Source: a virus (Duplodnaviria > Caudoviricetes). Taken from it: DNA of 64,000 nt. A model generated the notes under the pieces. It worked only from the letters and a program-made list of their open reading frames with translations, did not search any database and was not told the origin of the DNA. Shown piece after piece: positions 1 to 9,179 of this stretch. Made by a program: the position numbers and the translations under genes. Location: IMG/VR virus record IMGVR_UViG_2548876968_000003, positions 11,782 through 75,781 of that record. One strand, written 5' to 3'. Positions within the stretch are counted from its first letter, which is position 1, and the number at the start of each line of letters is the position of its first letter.

Positions 1-1
1 C

Positions 2-370
2 AATACTTCGAGTTACATCTTGCGGATCCGGTACCGCGGCAGTTGATTCTAAGTCGAATTGATAAAATGCAAGTTCATCCTCTACTTCTCTGATCTGTTT
101 GTCTTTTCGATCAAAAGAAGAAATTGCTCTGAGATCAGATAAAGATTGAACGGGCGTATTCCAATTGGAAAGAACTTGCCCTTTGATCCAGTCTAGATTG
201 ACTGCGTCGTTTCCAAACTGAGGCGCGGCAACTCTCAGAGTTCCAAAATCGGAATCATCCGGAAGACGAATGTCCAAACCGGAAGAGGATCCTTTGATTT
301 GAGGACCACCCTTTCCGATTCGAACTTGGTTTCCAATCCCTTTTAGTAAGAAATCAAAAACTGAATTCAT
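2..370 (-). CDS. Phage structural / tail-fibre-like protein, 5' part only (runs off left edge)
   Basis: Own translation: ATG at 370 directly after the TAG of the upstream ORF (TAGATG); open to the window edge, MNSVFDFLLKGIGNQVRIGKGGPQIKGSSSGLDIRLPDDSDFGTLRVAAP...; product inferred from position after tape measure. Confidence 0.6.
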   Translation of the reverse strand, partial: MNSVFDFLLKGIGNQVRIGKGGPQIKGSSSGLDIRLPDDSDFGTLRVAAPQFGNDAVNLDWIKGQVLSNWNTPVQSLSDLRAISSFDRKDKQIREVEDELAFYQFDLESTAAVPDPQDVTRSI

Positions 371-760
371 CTATCCCAAGTAAACTTCTACTAAAACTTG
401 ATTCGTATCGTAGGTGGTTGCGACTCTCAAAGAAGTAAGTCCTCCGGTCCAAGCCATAAACCCTTGCGGTAAAGGATGATCGATTGCCGATCCATTGATT
501 CGAACAATAATTGGTGCGGGATCGTCTTTTTTTATTCCGATCGCTGTGTCATCGGCTAGGTAAGTTGCAAGAATGAGAACGTATTTAAACTGAATCCCTG
601 CAGGAATCGGAATCGTTACAAGATTGTCTGTTTGTTTAAATGCCTTGGTAAGTTTTTGAGGTTGTTGGACCTGGAATTCTTGAGCGAATTCCTCAACCTC
701 TCTTTCGATTGCAACGCCGGTTCTATTGAAAAGCTGAAAAAGGACACGATGTATTTCCAT
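371..760 (-). CDS. Hypothetical phage late protein (129 aa)
   Basis: ORF with AGAGG SD and TCCGAT box 26 nt upstream; lies in the late operon. Confidence 0.7.
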   Translation of the reverse strand: MEIHRVLFQLFNRTGVAIEREVEEFAQEFQVQQPQKLTKAFKQTDNLVTIPIPAGIQFKYVLILATYLADDTAIGIKKDDPAPIIVRINGSAIDHPLPQGFMAWTGGLTSLRVATTYDTNQVLVEVYLG

Positions 761-801
761 GCCTCTATTTTGAATTGGAATGAAATATCGGAATAGTTAG
801 A

Positions 802-2520
802 CTATTTAGATCGTACCAAAAGACCGGCGGGGTTTGCAAGAGTCGCAAGTTTTCCAAGACCTCCCATCATTTCCCCGAGTGCCCCGCCAAAATCACCTTT
901 TGCAAGTTTGTCGATTGTTCCGACAAGCGATGTGATCTGTCCGGAGATAACTGGAATCACAGACTTTTCAATGTTTGAGACTGTTGTTGCTAAACTTTTC
1001 ATCGCGCCCTTGTTTTCGTTGAATAAATCGATCATCGCTTTATTCATATCGTAACCGATTTGTGCGGCCTGCGCTCCAACGTCGGTTGCAAACGTTTCTT
1101 TTTTTGCATTATCAAGACTGAGTCCCTTGTTAAATCCTGCGTCAATTTTAGAGTTATCGAATTTTATGTCGTTGTATCCGAATTTCATTCCTGCAATCTC
1201 GGAAAAACTTCCGCCTTGCATTTTATTTACGAGTCCGCGAGTCGTTGCATCGAGTCCCCCCATTGCCGAAGACATATATTTTCCGGGATTTAGTTCGGAT
1301 TCCCTAATTGCTTTTATCACGTCTCCTCCATTTGCTTTCAAGGCTTCAGCCATAGAAAGGGATCCAAAGACTCCTCCTCCAAAAGCTCCTTGTCTTCCTT
1401 GATCGGAAAGCTGTTCGGATAATGCCATACGTCTTGAAGGATCCATATTGATTCTGTCTGTTCTTTGCATACCGGCTGAGAATTTAGCGTAGTCGCTTAT
1501 ATCTCCCGAGTATCCTTTTCCTCTTAAATTTTCAGAAATGGTTGCTAGTTTTGAGATATATTCGGATTGTCTTAAGCCCTGAAATCCGGAAGCCGAAGCA
1601 CCTCCTCGAAGAAAACTAATGTCCGCATTTTTTGAATCTTTTCGAATTGTTTCTAACTCTTTTACGACTTCAGCAATTCCTTTTCCTTGAGAAGCGGCAA
1701 AGAGCATTGTTTTAGAATCGATTTGATTTCCCTTTCCAAAAATGTTTTCACCGGTTACACGACCGCGAGCAACGTTTGCTTGTGCGAGTTCTGAATTTGA
1801 GAAATACCCTCCCCCGCCTCCAACATATCCGCCGGTCGCGCCAATTGTTCCGGACTGACTTTGCATTGCCGCGTGATACTGTTCCCCGATTGCGGAGATT
1901 GTCTTTAGCACTCCTCCCGCGATTGCAAAAGCGGCTCCGGCGATTGGAATCGCGGCTCCCATCAGTGAAAAATTATTTCCTTTAACTGATCCGCCGTCTG
2001 TTCCCGATCCTCCTCCGCCTACAGATCCCGGAAGTCCTGAGAATCCTCCTTTGTCAAAATTTGCGTGTTGGATTTTAATTTCGGCTTTTTGAAGTTGAAG
2101 TTGTTTTGCAGAGGTGAGACCAATTCCACTTGGACTCGAATTAGGAGAAGATTCTTCATCTTCGCCGTCTTTCTTCTTTTTCTTTTTTCGCAACAGTTCG
2201 CGAGCGGCAGAAATCTTTTTATCAAGAGTATTAAAAAAACCACCTCTTTGAGTTTCGTCTAAATCCGATCCATCGGCTCCGACTTTCGAAGCCATAGCAC
2301 TTCCCCCGGCATACCGAGATGCCGCTTCGAGTTTCTTTTTTTCGGAACTGCCGCCACCGTTTCCGCTCCCACTGGAAGATCTCTTTTTCTCGGGTACTTT
2401 TCCAAGACCGGAAACAGGGATTCCTTTTTTCCCCTTTTTTGCAATTCGGTCGTATTCTTTTTCTACTGACTTGAAGTCAGGCGTTGCCTTGACTTTTATA
2501 TTTAAGGATTCTTCAGCCAT
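802..2520 (-). CDS. Tail tape-measure-like protein (572 aa)
   Basis: Gly/Ala-rich helical low-complexity protein directly after the tail chaperone pair and tube gene (canonical synteny). Confidence 0.7.
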   Translation of the reverse strand: MAEESLNIKVKATPDFKSVEKEYDRIAKKGKKGIPVSGLGKVPEKKRSSSGSGNGGGSSEKKKLEAASRYAGGSAMASKVGADGSDLDETQRGGFFNTLDKKISAARELLRKKKKKKDGEDEESSPNSSPSGIGLTSAKQLQLQKAEIKIQHANFDKGGFSGLPGSVGGGGSGTDGGSVKGNNFSLMGAAIPIAGAAFAIAGGVLKTISAIGEQYHAAMQSQSGTIGATGGYVGGGGGYFSNSELAQANVARGRVTGENIFGKGNQIDSKTMLFAASQGKGIAEVVKELETIRKDSKNADISFLRGGASASGFQGLRQSEYISKLATISENLRGKGYSGDISDYAKFSAGMQRTDRINMDPSRRMALSEQLSDQGRQGAFGGGVFGSLSMAEALKANGGDVIKAIRESELNPGKYMSSAMGGLDATTRGLVNKMQGGSFSEIAGMKFGYNDIKFDNSKIDAGFNKGLSLDNAKKETFATDVGAQAAQIGYDMNKAMIDLFNENKGAMKSLATTVSNIEKSVIPVISGQITSLVGTIDKLAKGDFGGALGEMMGGLGKLATLANPAGLLVRSK

Positions 2521-2881
2521 AGAATTTTAATTCGCTATCGATTCTGTCTAAAAGTTCTTTTCGTTTTAATTCCCCTTCACTCGTGAGCATGTCTTGTGAG
2601 TACCCGGCCTCTGCCTCCAGGATATGAGCCATTGCCGGGCTTATATTCTCTAGGAATTCCATCGGTTTCATCTTCAGAACTTGGCGTTTCTGAGATTGTA
2701 GTTTCGCTCTCATGAGAAGATTCGGAATGTCGAGTCTGGCCGTCGCCTCGAGGAGAAACCTCTTTTGTTCGAGAAATAGATTTCCCAAATGAGTGATTCC
2801 TTTCGGAAGTATTTTCATCTGGTTCATAAGAAATAGGTCGAGCAGATTCTCTTCGTCGTTCAGTGCGTCGAGCGTCCCTAT
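2513..2881 (-). CDS. Tail assembly chaperone, frameshift (G-T-like) extension frame
   Basis: The frame of ORF 2513..2827 stays open upstream to the A9 run (IGTLDALNDEENLLDLFLMNQMKILP...) and is closed by TAA just before the run; its stop overlaps the tape measure ATG. Confidence 0.65.
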   Translation of the reverse strand: MGTLDALNDEENLLDLFLMNQMKILPKGITHLGNLFLEQKRFLLEATARLDIPNLLMRAKLQSQKRQVLKMKPMEFLENISPAMAHILEAEAGYSQDMLTSEGELKRKELLDRIDSELKFYG

Positions 2882-3224
2882 TTTTTTTTAACTCTGATTG
2901 AAACCAGTTTTCCTTTTTCTCGTATTCTTTAAAGAGTCTGATAACAAACTCTTTGTCCCTTATCTGCTCAAAGGTCTGAATGTCTGGAATTGGAAAATCT
3001 TCAGGAATTTGTTTGATGACGTGGTTTAACGTAGCGATTGCGTAGATATACCCGTAAGTCGTGTTCGGAATCGATTCAAGCGATGCCCCGTTTAATCGTT
3101 TCGCAACCGCGATTTCAATGTCGAGTTCCGTACTCGGATCGGCGATATCCGCTTCGAATTTGTAAGAGCCACCTTCGTATTTTACATTTAAGATAACTCT
3201 TTTATTTGGTTCTAGAATTCTCAT
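2577..3224 (-). CDS. Tail assembly chaperone (G-like); residues after ~114 are probably out-of-frame read-through
   Basis: Between tube and tape measure; ELKK encoded by TTA-A9 slippery run at 2881-2889; C-terminal 100 aa are low-complexity shadow sequence. Confidence 0.7.
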   Translation of the reverse strand: MRILEPNKRVILNVKYEGGSYKFEADIADPSTELDIEIAVAKRLNGASLESIPNTTYGYIYAIATLNHVIKQIPEDFPIPDIQTFEQIRDKEFVIRLFKEYEKKENWFQSELKKNRDARRTERRRESARPISYEPDENTSERNHSFGKSISRTKEVSPRGDGQTRHSESSHESETTISETPSSEDETDGIPREYKPGNGSYPGGRGRVLTRHAHE

Positions 3225-3293
3225 TCTCCAATCATGTACGCAAGTGCAACATCGGAGAAGATGCCTAATTTGAAAATTATCAAGTTTATTCGA

Positions 3294-3321
3294 TTGACAA
3301 AATTGTCGATCATGCTATAAA
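3294..3321 (+). promoter_or_regulatory. Sigma70-type promoter for the NYN moron
   Basis: TTGACA (3294-3299), 16-nt spacer containing extended -10 TGn, TATAAA (3316-3321). Confidence 0.75.
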
Positions 3322-3333
3322 AAGGTGTATAAC

Positions 3334-3385
3334 CCCTATGGTAATGCGTAGGGCGCGGGGCTACTTCGAAAGAGGTAGCCCTTGC
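3334..3385 (+). ncRNA. Structured RNA leader (two hairpins, second with GAAA tetraloop) upstream of NYN gene
   Basis: CCCTATG-GTAATG-CGTAGGG and GGGCTACTTC-GAAA-GAGGTAGCCC; GC-rich island in AT-rich context between promoter and ORF. Confidence 0.5.
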
Positions 3386-3391
3386 TTTATT

Positions 3392-4024
3392 ATGACAGTC
3401 AAAAGAACTTATGTTTATATTGATGCCTTCAACTTTTACTATGGGAAAGTAAAAGGGACCAAATATAAATGGTTAGATTTTAGCAGACTCTGTTCCATTC
3501 TTCTTCCATCCAATTTGCATCAAATTCTAAAAATTAAATATTATACTGCCGAAGTAAAACCTAGACAAAATGATAATGGACCATTGAATCGTCAGCAAAA
3601 TTATATTAAAGCATTAAAAACAAATCCTAATTTTGAAGTCTATTACGGTCATTTTTTATCCCATACTGTGAAGATGAAATTAGCTGATAGCCCAGGATTT
3701 GCTAATGTAATCAAGACTGAAGAAAAAGGCTCGGATGTTAATCTTGCCACTCATATGCTGTATGATGCTTGCAAAAATGAATATGACGTAGCTGTTCTAA
3801 TTTCAGGTGACTCCGACCTTTTAGAACCCGTTAGAATAATAAGAAACGATTTTAAAAAACAAGTTGGATATCTTAATCCCCAAAAAAACCCGAGCCAAGT
3901 TTTAAAAAAGAATTGCGATTTTATGAAAGATATTCGGAATTCAGCTATCCATAATTCTCAATTTCCAAGTGAAGTATATGATTTATTTGGAAACGTATAT
4001 CGAAAACCAGATGAGTGGATTTAA
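3392..4024 (+). CDS. NYN / LabA-DUF88 (PIN-like) domain RNase
   Basis: Motifs YVYIDAFNFYYG, EEKGSDVNLA, AVLISGDSDL; start at 3392 preferred over 3338 because the latter runs through the hairpins. Confidence 0.88.
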   Translation: MTVKRTYVYIDAFNFYYGKVKGTKYKWLDFSRLCSILLPSNLHQILKIKYYTAEVKPRQNDNGPLNRQQNYIKALKTNPNFEVYYGHFLSHTVKMKLADSPGFANVIKTEEKGSDVNLATHMLYDACKNEYDVAVLISGDSDLLEPVRIIRNDFKKQVGYLNPQKNPSQVLKKNCDFMKDIRNSAIHNSQFPSEVYDLFGNVYRKPDEWI

Positions 4025-4079
4025 ACTTGTACAAAAGGAAAGTTTAATATTTCCTTCGTTTGCTCAGATTTATAAGAAT

Positions 4080-4610
4080 TCATTTGTAGATCAAAAGAAA
4101 ACAATTGCAGTTGTCGTTTTTTGGAAAAAATGAAATGAATTTATCACTTTGAATTGTAGTTCGTTTATCTTTACTAGAGATTTCAATTTTAGAAAAATGA
4201 GCATCCATAATATTGACACTGTCATTTATTGCGAAGTCAAAAAAATATGCGAATTTAGGTTTTAATTCAAAACGAAATTCTCCTTTTTCGGAGTCATACA
4301 AGATTTCTTGAATAGGAATTTTGATTCCCTTTTCTGTAGAGAATCGATCGGGGCTAAAATATTTGTTTGCAGGAACTCTAAAAAAATTCGAGTTCTCTAT
4401 ATATTCGTTAGAGGAATGTGAGATTTCGCGATAAAATTCTTTTGTTGTTAACTTTTTTTGAAAGGTCACGGAAAGTGTAACAACTTCATCGGTATTGTTT
4501 AAAATTCCAATAGCATTAACCCAACTACATCGATTGAATAAAAATAGAGAAATTAAAAACAAAAGTGAAGAGGAGCAAATTCTACTTAAAGTGTGCGACA
4601 TTTTTACCAT
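4080..4610 (-). CDS. Putative lipoprotein (176 aa), moron
   Basis: Hydrophobic N-terminus ending FLFNRC (spirochaete-type lipobox); AT-rich. Confidence 0.6.
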   Translation of the reverse strand: MVKMSHTLSRICSSSLLFLISLFLFNRCSWVNAIGILNNTDEVVTLSVTFQKKLTTKEFYREISHSSNEYIENSNFFRVPANKYFSPDRFSTEKGIKIPIQEILYDSEKGEFRFELKPKFAYFFDFAINDSVNIMDAHFSKIEISSKDKRTTIQSDKFISFFPKNDNCNCFLLIYK

Positions 4611-4635
4611 TTCTATTTTCTTTCAAAATAAGAAA

Positions 4636-4821
4636 TTAAAAGGAGGGAACCTCTATAAAAAGTGAATTTTGTTGATTTTTTTCTGAGAGAGCGGCATACA
4701 TTTTTCTTTGTTGCTCAGAAATAGATAGAGCCGGGCGTTCCGAAGAGTCTGCTCTTTCAATAAAACGTTTTGCTTTTTCGCCTGTAAGCGTTGGAATTTT
4801 TTGAATTGGAGTCGCTGCCAT
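4636..4821 (-). CDS. Small protein resembling antitoxins of GNAT-associated TA pairs (61 aa)
   Basis: MAATPIQKIPTLTGEKAKRFIERAD pattern recalled from small proteins encoded upstream of GNAT toxins; ATG at 4821. Confidence 0.4.
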   Translation of the reverse strand: MAATPIQKIPTLTGEKAKRFIERADSSERPALSISEQQRKMYAALSEKNQQNSLFIEVPSF

Positions 4822-5130
4822 TTTTTGCTCTTTATTATTAGAGTCGGACCAAGCTGGTAAAAGCAAAAGGAACCTAAAAGTTTTTAGGAATTTGCCTTAG
4901 ATCCAGCGCGTAACTACTAAAAACCTTTGCTTCATAGTTACTGTCTACATCTAAAGATCAACCTGTTCTTCTTTTTTGCCAATTAATAAATTGCCTACTA
5001 CTTGGTCCCTTTAAAACAACCCAATCCATCGGTAAATCTATTGAATATGTTTAAAATTCAGAAATTTTCGATAGATTCTAAATTCGATATTCTTAAAGAA
5101 TTCAAGCTATTGGGACCATTTCAAATTCGA

Positions 5131-5562
5131 TTAGTTAAAAGCCTCCATAGGTTCCCAATCAATTAACTCAAATTCGACTTCTCTTCCGGAGAACTCATTA
5201 TTGTTTAACCCAAAACCGTCTGTGTTTACGGCACCCGTAAGTAATCCGACGCGTTTTCCGGAAGTTTTGTCTATGACTAAAATATCGTAAAGATCGTCCG
5301 CGTGCTCATCACTATGCGTATCAATTACGACAACTCCTTCAACGGGAGTTCTGAGTATATGGAACTCACCCGAAGCGGTTCCTTGCCACGCGAGAGATTT
5401 CAATCCTCTCGGTTTTCTATATCCGAGTGCTTGAATTCTTTCAACGTTATTATTGACGTTTACTCGTAACGATTTCATAAATCCAACGGCTTGTCCGTTG
5501 ATTTTAACGATTGCGTCATTACCGGTGAGTACAGCCGGATTAGGTCGTACGCTCTTAGCCAT
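5131..5562 (-). CDS. Tail tube protein (143 aa)
   Basis: LTGNDAIVKINGQAVG...ALGY...WQGT resembles SPO1/phage K-type tube proteins; directly after the sheath. Confidence 0.85.
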   Translation of the reverse strand: MAKSVRPNPAVLTGNDAIVKINGQAVGFMKSLRVNVNNNVERIQALGYRKPRGLKSLAWQGTASGEFHILRTPVEGVVVIDTHSDEHADDLYDILVIDKTSGKRVGLLTGAVNTDGFGLNNNEFSGREVEFELIDWEPMEAFN

Positions 5563-5564
5563 TC

Positions 5565-7373
5565 TTAACCTCCGTTATTCGCTCCGCGAACAACGTCCAA
5601 ATTAACTAGAAAAAACATGTAGTTGATCGGGCTTACGATCTTGCCGTCAGGGAAGATGAAATACAAAGCGTCACCGTCACGACGAATGTCGAACTTCTCG
5701 TCGAATGCGGGTTCACCTGTATAGATATTTCTTGTAAGCCAGCCGTATTGTGTAATATATACATTACGAAAGCGTTGTGTAACTGCGGTTCGAATGTCGG
5801 CGTCCGTTAGGTTAGTTCCGAGCGCATCCGGATCTGTTGGGACTTCGCCGATGAACGTAACGTCGAGCCATTCCCTGAAATCTTTTACGAGAGCGAGTGC
5901 GGTACAAACTGTGGACGCTTGATTTTTAATCAGGTTTTGGGCTTGATATGAGGTCAGACCCATTTCGATTTTAAAAGCCCCGTTATTTGGCTTTCGTGTA
6001 ACGATGAGCCCACCCGCTCTTAGAACTTTTTTGATTTGGTTCTTAGAAAGTTTTTCGGGTGCGTCTACGATATTCAGATCTTTGTAAGTTGCCGTTTCTC
6101 TTACGTTTGTGGAAGCTTTGATTGCGTTATGTAAAACCGCGAGCATCCAACCCGGATAAGTTTTTAAAGTGATCTTATCAGCCGCGTAACGAGTGATTGG
6201 AGAAAGACCCAAGACCATGTATTCGGAATTGGTTGCTTTGATGTCTTCGATTCTCGCATCGACTGACTTCGTTAAATCTAAGCCAGCACCGCCAAATCGT
6301 TCATCCGAACCGTCCGGTGAATTTCCATAGGTCAGTTTATCCGCAAGATAGAGAACTACCGATTGGATAGAGGTACAAACGTTGACGTAAAATCCTTTGG
6401 AAACTTCCGTATCGAAAACGTAATCAATCGCATCGATATAGTCCTGCGCGGTCGCAATACCCGTAGAGCCCCCATTTAGATAAGTAAAAGACGCCATATC
6501 AGCAAGCGGCTTTCTTTCTTGAGTTGATACAACTTGGGCGAGACCGTTCCCTAAAAAGAAACTTTCTTGCTGAAAAAGAAGAGATTTCATCGTGACCGGA
6601 GCCGATTTCACATCTACGGCGTCGGTAAGAGAAAGATGGTCTAAGGTAGAAATTTTCCGATCGGGCTGTGAAAGAAGAGTGATTTGATATCCGACTCTAC
6701 TGGAAACATAACCGACGAGTTCTCCAAGCGTCGGATAGTCTTTGATAGGAACATTTAAGTTAACGGATCCGTCGGTCGGCGCAGTTCCGGAAAGTGTAAC
6801 TCTCAGTGAAATCCCATCGAAAGTGAGAATTGCGTTTTGTCCGTTACCTACATATTGAATTTGTAATTCGTTTGATTCTAAAGGTGAAGAAGTTCCAATT
6901 CCATCACTGTCCCCGATTTGAATGATCGTTCCGCCGCTCGTTACGCGAAACCGGATTTGATTTCCTCTCGGTCCTGGAATGATCGCTTTTACCGTATTCG
7001 AAATTGTCGCAACGATAGAAACAACCGGCGCGCTTGCATAAGCGTTCGGATTTATGTTCAGAGCTTTGATGAGTTGCGGACCCGCCGCAAATCGAGAATC
7101 TTTGGAAGGAGAGAACGCATTAGAAACGGCGTCCGCTAAATCACCGGAGAAAAAGACGGACCTTGCTTCATCTGCACCGCTAAATTCTAAAACTCGTTTC
7201 GATGTTTCGAGACTTGTGTCTCCTGCGTCATACCCGTTGTCTGCGGGTCCGATTAGAATTAGAGTATTTAGATCCGGAGAGATTCCGGTGCTTTGAGCTT
7301 TAACTCTAAAGGCTCCACGCGCACCCGGTTGGATGTATCCGCGCCCTAGAAATTCAACTTCTCTAGAGCCCAT
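5565..7373 (-). CDS. Tail sheath protein (602 aa)
   Basis: N-terminus LILIGPADNG...EARSVFFSGDLADAV matches the contractile sheath pattern of SPO1/K-like phages; size and synteny fit. Confidence 0.9.
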   Translation of the reverse strand: MGSREVEFLGRGYIQPGARGAFRVKAQSTGISPDLNTLILIGPADNGYDAGDTSLETSKRVLEFSGADEARSVFFSGDLADAVSNAFSPSKDSRFAAGPQLIKALNINPNAYASAPVVSIVATISNTVKAIIPGPRGNQIRFRVTSGGTIIQIGDSDGIGTSSPLESNELQIQYVGNGQNAILTFDGISLRVTLSGTAPTDGSVNLNVPIKDYPTLGELVGYVSSRVGYQITLLSQPDRKISTLDHLSLTDAVDVKSAPVTMKSLLFQQESFFLGNGLAQVVSTQERKPLADMASFTYLNGGSTGIATAQDYIDAIDYVFDTEVSKGFYVNVCTSIQSVVLYLADKLTYGNSPDGSDERFGGAGLDLTKSVDARIEDIKATNSEYMVLGLSPITRYAADKITLKTYPGWMLAVLHNAIKASTNVRETATYKDLNIVDAPEKLSKNQIKKVLRAGGLIVTRKPNNGAFKIEMGLTSYQAQNLIKNQASTVCTALALVKDFREWLDVTFIGEVPTDPDALGTNLTDADIRTAVTQRFRNVYITQYGWLTRNIYTGEPAFDEKFDIRRDGDALYFIFPDGKIVSPINYMFFLVNLDVVRGANNGG

Positions 7374-7572
7374 GATTGATAATTCTCCAAGCGTCTTCGA
7401 TACTGTTTCCTTTCGTTTTTAACTCCCGGTAAAAGAAGTTTCGAAAGCGGGGAGAAATCGTTCTTCCAAGTTCTCTTTCTTTACAGAGTAGAAACTCTTC
7501 GGGTGTTTGATTCGTTTTAGGTTTGGTTAAAACTTTTGTTCCCTTTTGCAAATTTGCGTCTTCGTCTATCAA
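7363..7572 (-). CDS. Small phage protein upstream of sheath (69 aa)
   Basis: Overlaps both neighbours (translational coupling). Confidence 0.6.
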   Translation of the reverse strand: MIDEDANLQKGTKVLTKPKTNQTPEEFLLCKERELGRTISPRFRNFFYRELKTKGNSIEDAWRIINHGL

Positions 7573-8345
7573 GGCTTATCCTCTAACCCGAAGCTGCCTT
7601 CCAGTCGGGTTTTACTTCGGGTTAAAAATACATCGAAGGAGCGAGTATCGGGAAAAAGGAATGCGGGTTTGGTTCGAAAAATGGATTTGGATTGTACAAG
7701 TCGTACGCGGATTTCAAATCCCCAGAATGGTTCTGAAAAATCGGCTGTGCTTAAATTGGGTTCTGTATCTTCGGGAAGAAAAACTGTAAGCCCGGGATAT
7801 AGAACCGGAAGGTCATTTGCCATGAGCAGGGTCACGGCGAGGGCGGCGTCATAGATCCATTTGTTTGTGTTTCTACCGGCGTTACCGGTTGCGAAACCGC
7901 AAATGACGACCTCTGACTCTACGGTGTATTGAAGTTGTTGGAAGTGTTTCTTTCGACTGAATTCATCGAGGAACGATTTTGTGGAAAGACGTTGACTTTC
8001 CGGAAGTTCTGAAATTTCAGTTAAAAATTTTATAAAAGATTCAGAATTCTTAAAATGGTGTTCGTTTAATCCTAAAAATTGAGTATTTCTATCCGTTGTG
8101 CATTCGATTCCTACTTTTGGAAATTTTGAATTTGGTCCGGTTGTTGAAATTCCTTCTTGGTAAAGCGGATGTCCGTGAACTATGGGAACGTCTATGTTTC
8201 GTAAAGAAAGACCGGTGAGTGGTAAGGAGTTACGAAAATATTCTACAACCGTATCTTCCGGAGGGGCCGGATACGTGATTAGAATTGCTCCTTTATCCCG
8301 TCCGTCTTGTTGTCTTGCTTCTTCTTCCCGAAGACTTGTATCCAT
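7569..8345 (-). CDS. Putative tail completion/terminator protein (258 aa)
   Basis: Position between head-tail genes and sheath; ACCGAT box 28 nt upstream; function inferred from synteny only. Confidence 0.55.
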   Translation of the reverse strand: MDTSLREEEARQQDGRDKGAILITYPAPPEDTVVEYFRNSLPLTGLSLRNIDVPIVHGHPLYQEGISTTGPNSKFPKVGIECTTDRNTQFLGLNEHHFKNSESFIKFLTEISELPESQRLSTKSFLDEFSRKKHFQQLQYTVESEVVICGFATGNAGRNTNKWIYDAALAVTLLMANDLPVLYPGLTVFLPEDTEPNLSTADFSEPFWGFEIRVRLVQSKSIFRTKPAFLFPDTRSFDVFLTRSKTRLEGSFGLEDKP

Positions 8346-8371
8346 TAGCTCGGATCATAGAGCGAAACGGA

Positions 8372-9115
8372 TTATCGGTTCTTTTTTTTGGCTAAAAGAT
8401 CTAAAATCAAATCTTTGGTATCGGATGCGACTGCTTGTTTCAAAGTTTTAGATTTTAAAGCCGATTTTACATCCTCTTTGATTCCGGCTAAAATTTTCTG
8501 AGCGGGAATAGCAGGTTGAAAGAAGTTACGGCTTTTTTCTGTGACTACGACGAATTTTACAAAGGATCTTTGAATTTTTCCATTTTTGTACTTTTGTTCT
8601 CTTGCAAAAACGTTTCCTTGACCGGTCATTCCGGGATCTTGTCTGTATTTGTACCGATTTCGAGTGACCATTTGTCCATGAGCGTTTTCTTCTTTGAAAC
8701 TTCCGGTTTTGATAATCACAGAATTGATTGAATTGTTTTTTGGACTTACGGGAGTTCCGTTTTCATTTTTAGTGATTGGGACAATTACATAAGGACCGTT
8801 TGCACCCATCCTTGCGCGGCTTCCACCCAAGAGAGAAGGTCGCATATCGTAACGTCCCCTACCTCGCTCAATGACTGCCATATAGTTATACTTTCCCTTA
8901 TTCGGGTGATATACTTGAAAACCTCCCGGAATTTTCCGAATTAAAATTCCTCCCCCTCCTCCCGGACGGTTGGACATTGCCATTTTTCCCCACCAGCTAG
9001 GTTTTGCGGCGAGTGTATTGTTCGTCCAGGCTTCTTGTGTCGCTTTTGCGATTCGATTTAGAACGAGCTTGGTTCTTGGAAATTTTCCTTGTTCATAGAG
9101 TTGTTCGTAGTTCAT
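8372..9115 (-). CDS. Putative neck / head-tail joining protein (247 aa)
   Basis: Basic protein directly after capsid; YMAVIERGRGRYDMRPSLL resembles the post-capsid neck proteins of SPO1-like phages. Confidence 0.55.
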   Translation of the reverse strand: MNYEQLYEQGKFPRTKLVLNRIAKATQEAWTNNTLAAKPSWWGKMAMSNRPGGGGGILIRKIPGGFQVYHPNKGKYNYMAVIERGRGRYDMRPSLLGGSRARMGANGPYVIVPITKNENGTPVSPKNNSINSVIIKTGSFKEENAHGQMVTRNRYKYRQDPGMTGQGNVFAREQKYKNGKIQRSFVKFVVVTEKSRNFFQPAIPAQKILAGIKEDVKSALKSKTLKQAVASDTKDLILDLLAKKKNR

Positions 9116-9142
9116 AAAAAAGGGGTAGAAGATTCTACCCCT
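9116..9142 (-). terminator. Rho-independent terminator after major capsid gene
   Basis: AGGGGTAGA-ATCT-TCTACCCCT followed by TTTTT on the minus strand. Confidence 0.8.
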
Positions 9143-9179
9143 CCTGAAATTTCTCTAAACGTTGTGTGTGCTTGAAACT

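Noticed and set aside
2577-2878. C-terminal 100 aa of the 215-aa chaperone ORF as a real domain
   Set aside because: Low-complexity Arg/Ser/Glu sequence overlapping the better-looking +1 frame; explained by the slippery run
3334-3385. tRNA or CRISPR repeat interpretation of the hairpin leaders (also 12728-12802)
   Set aside because: No cloverleaf, T-loop or CCA; no repeated unit with spacers; no cas genes
3338-3391. Upstream ATG for the NYN gene
   Set aside because: Lies ~10 nt after the predicted TSS and runs through two stable hairpins; the NYN domain begins right after Met at 3392
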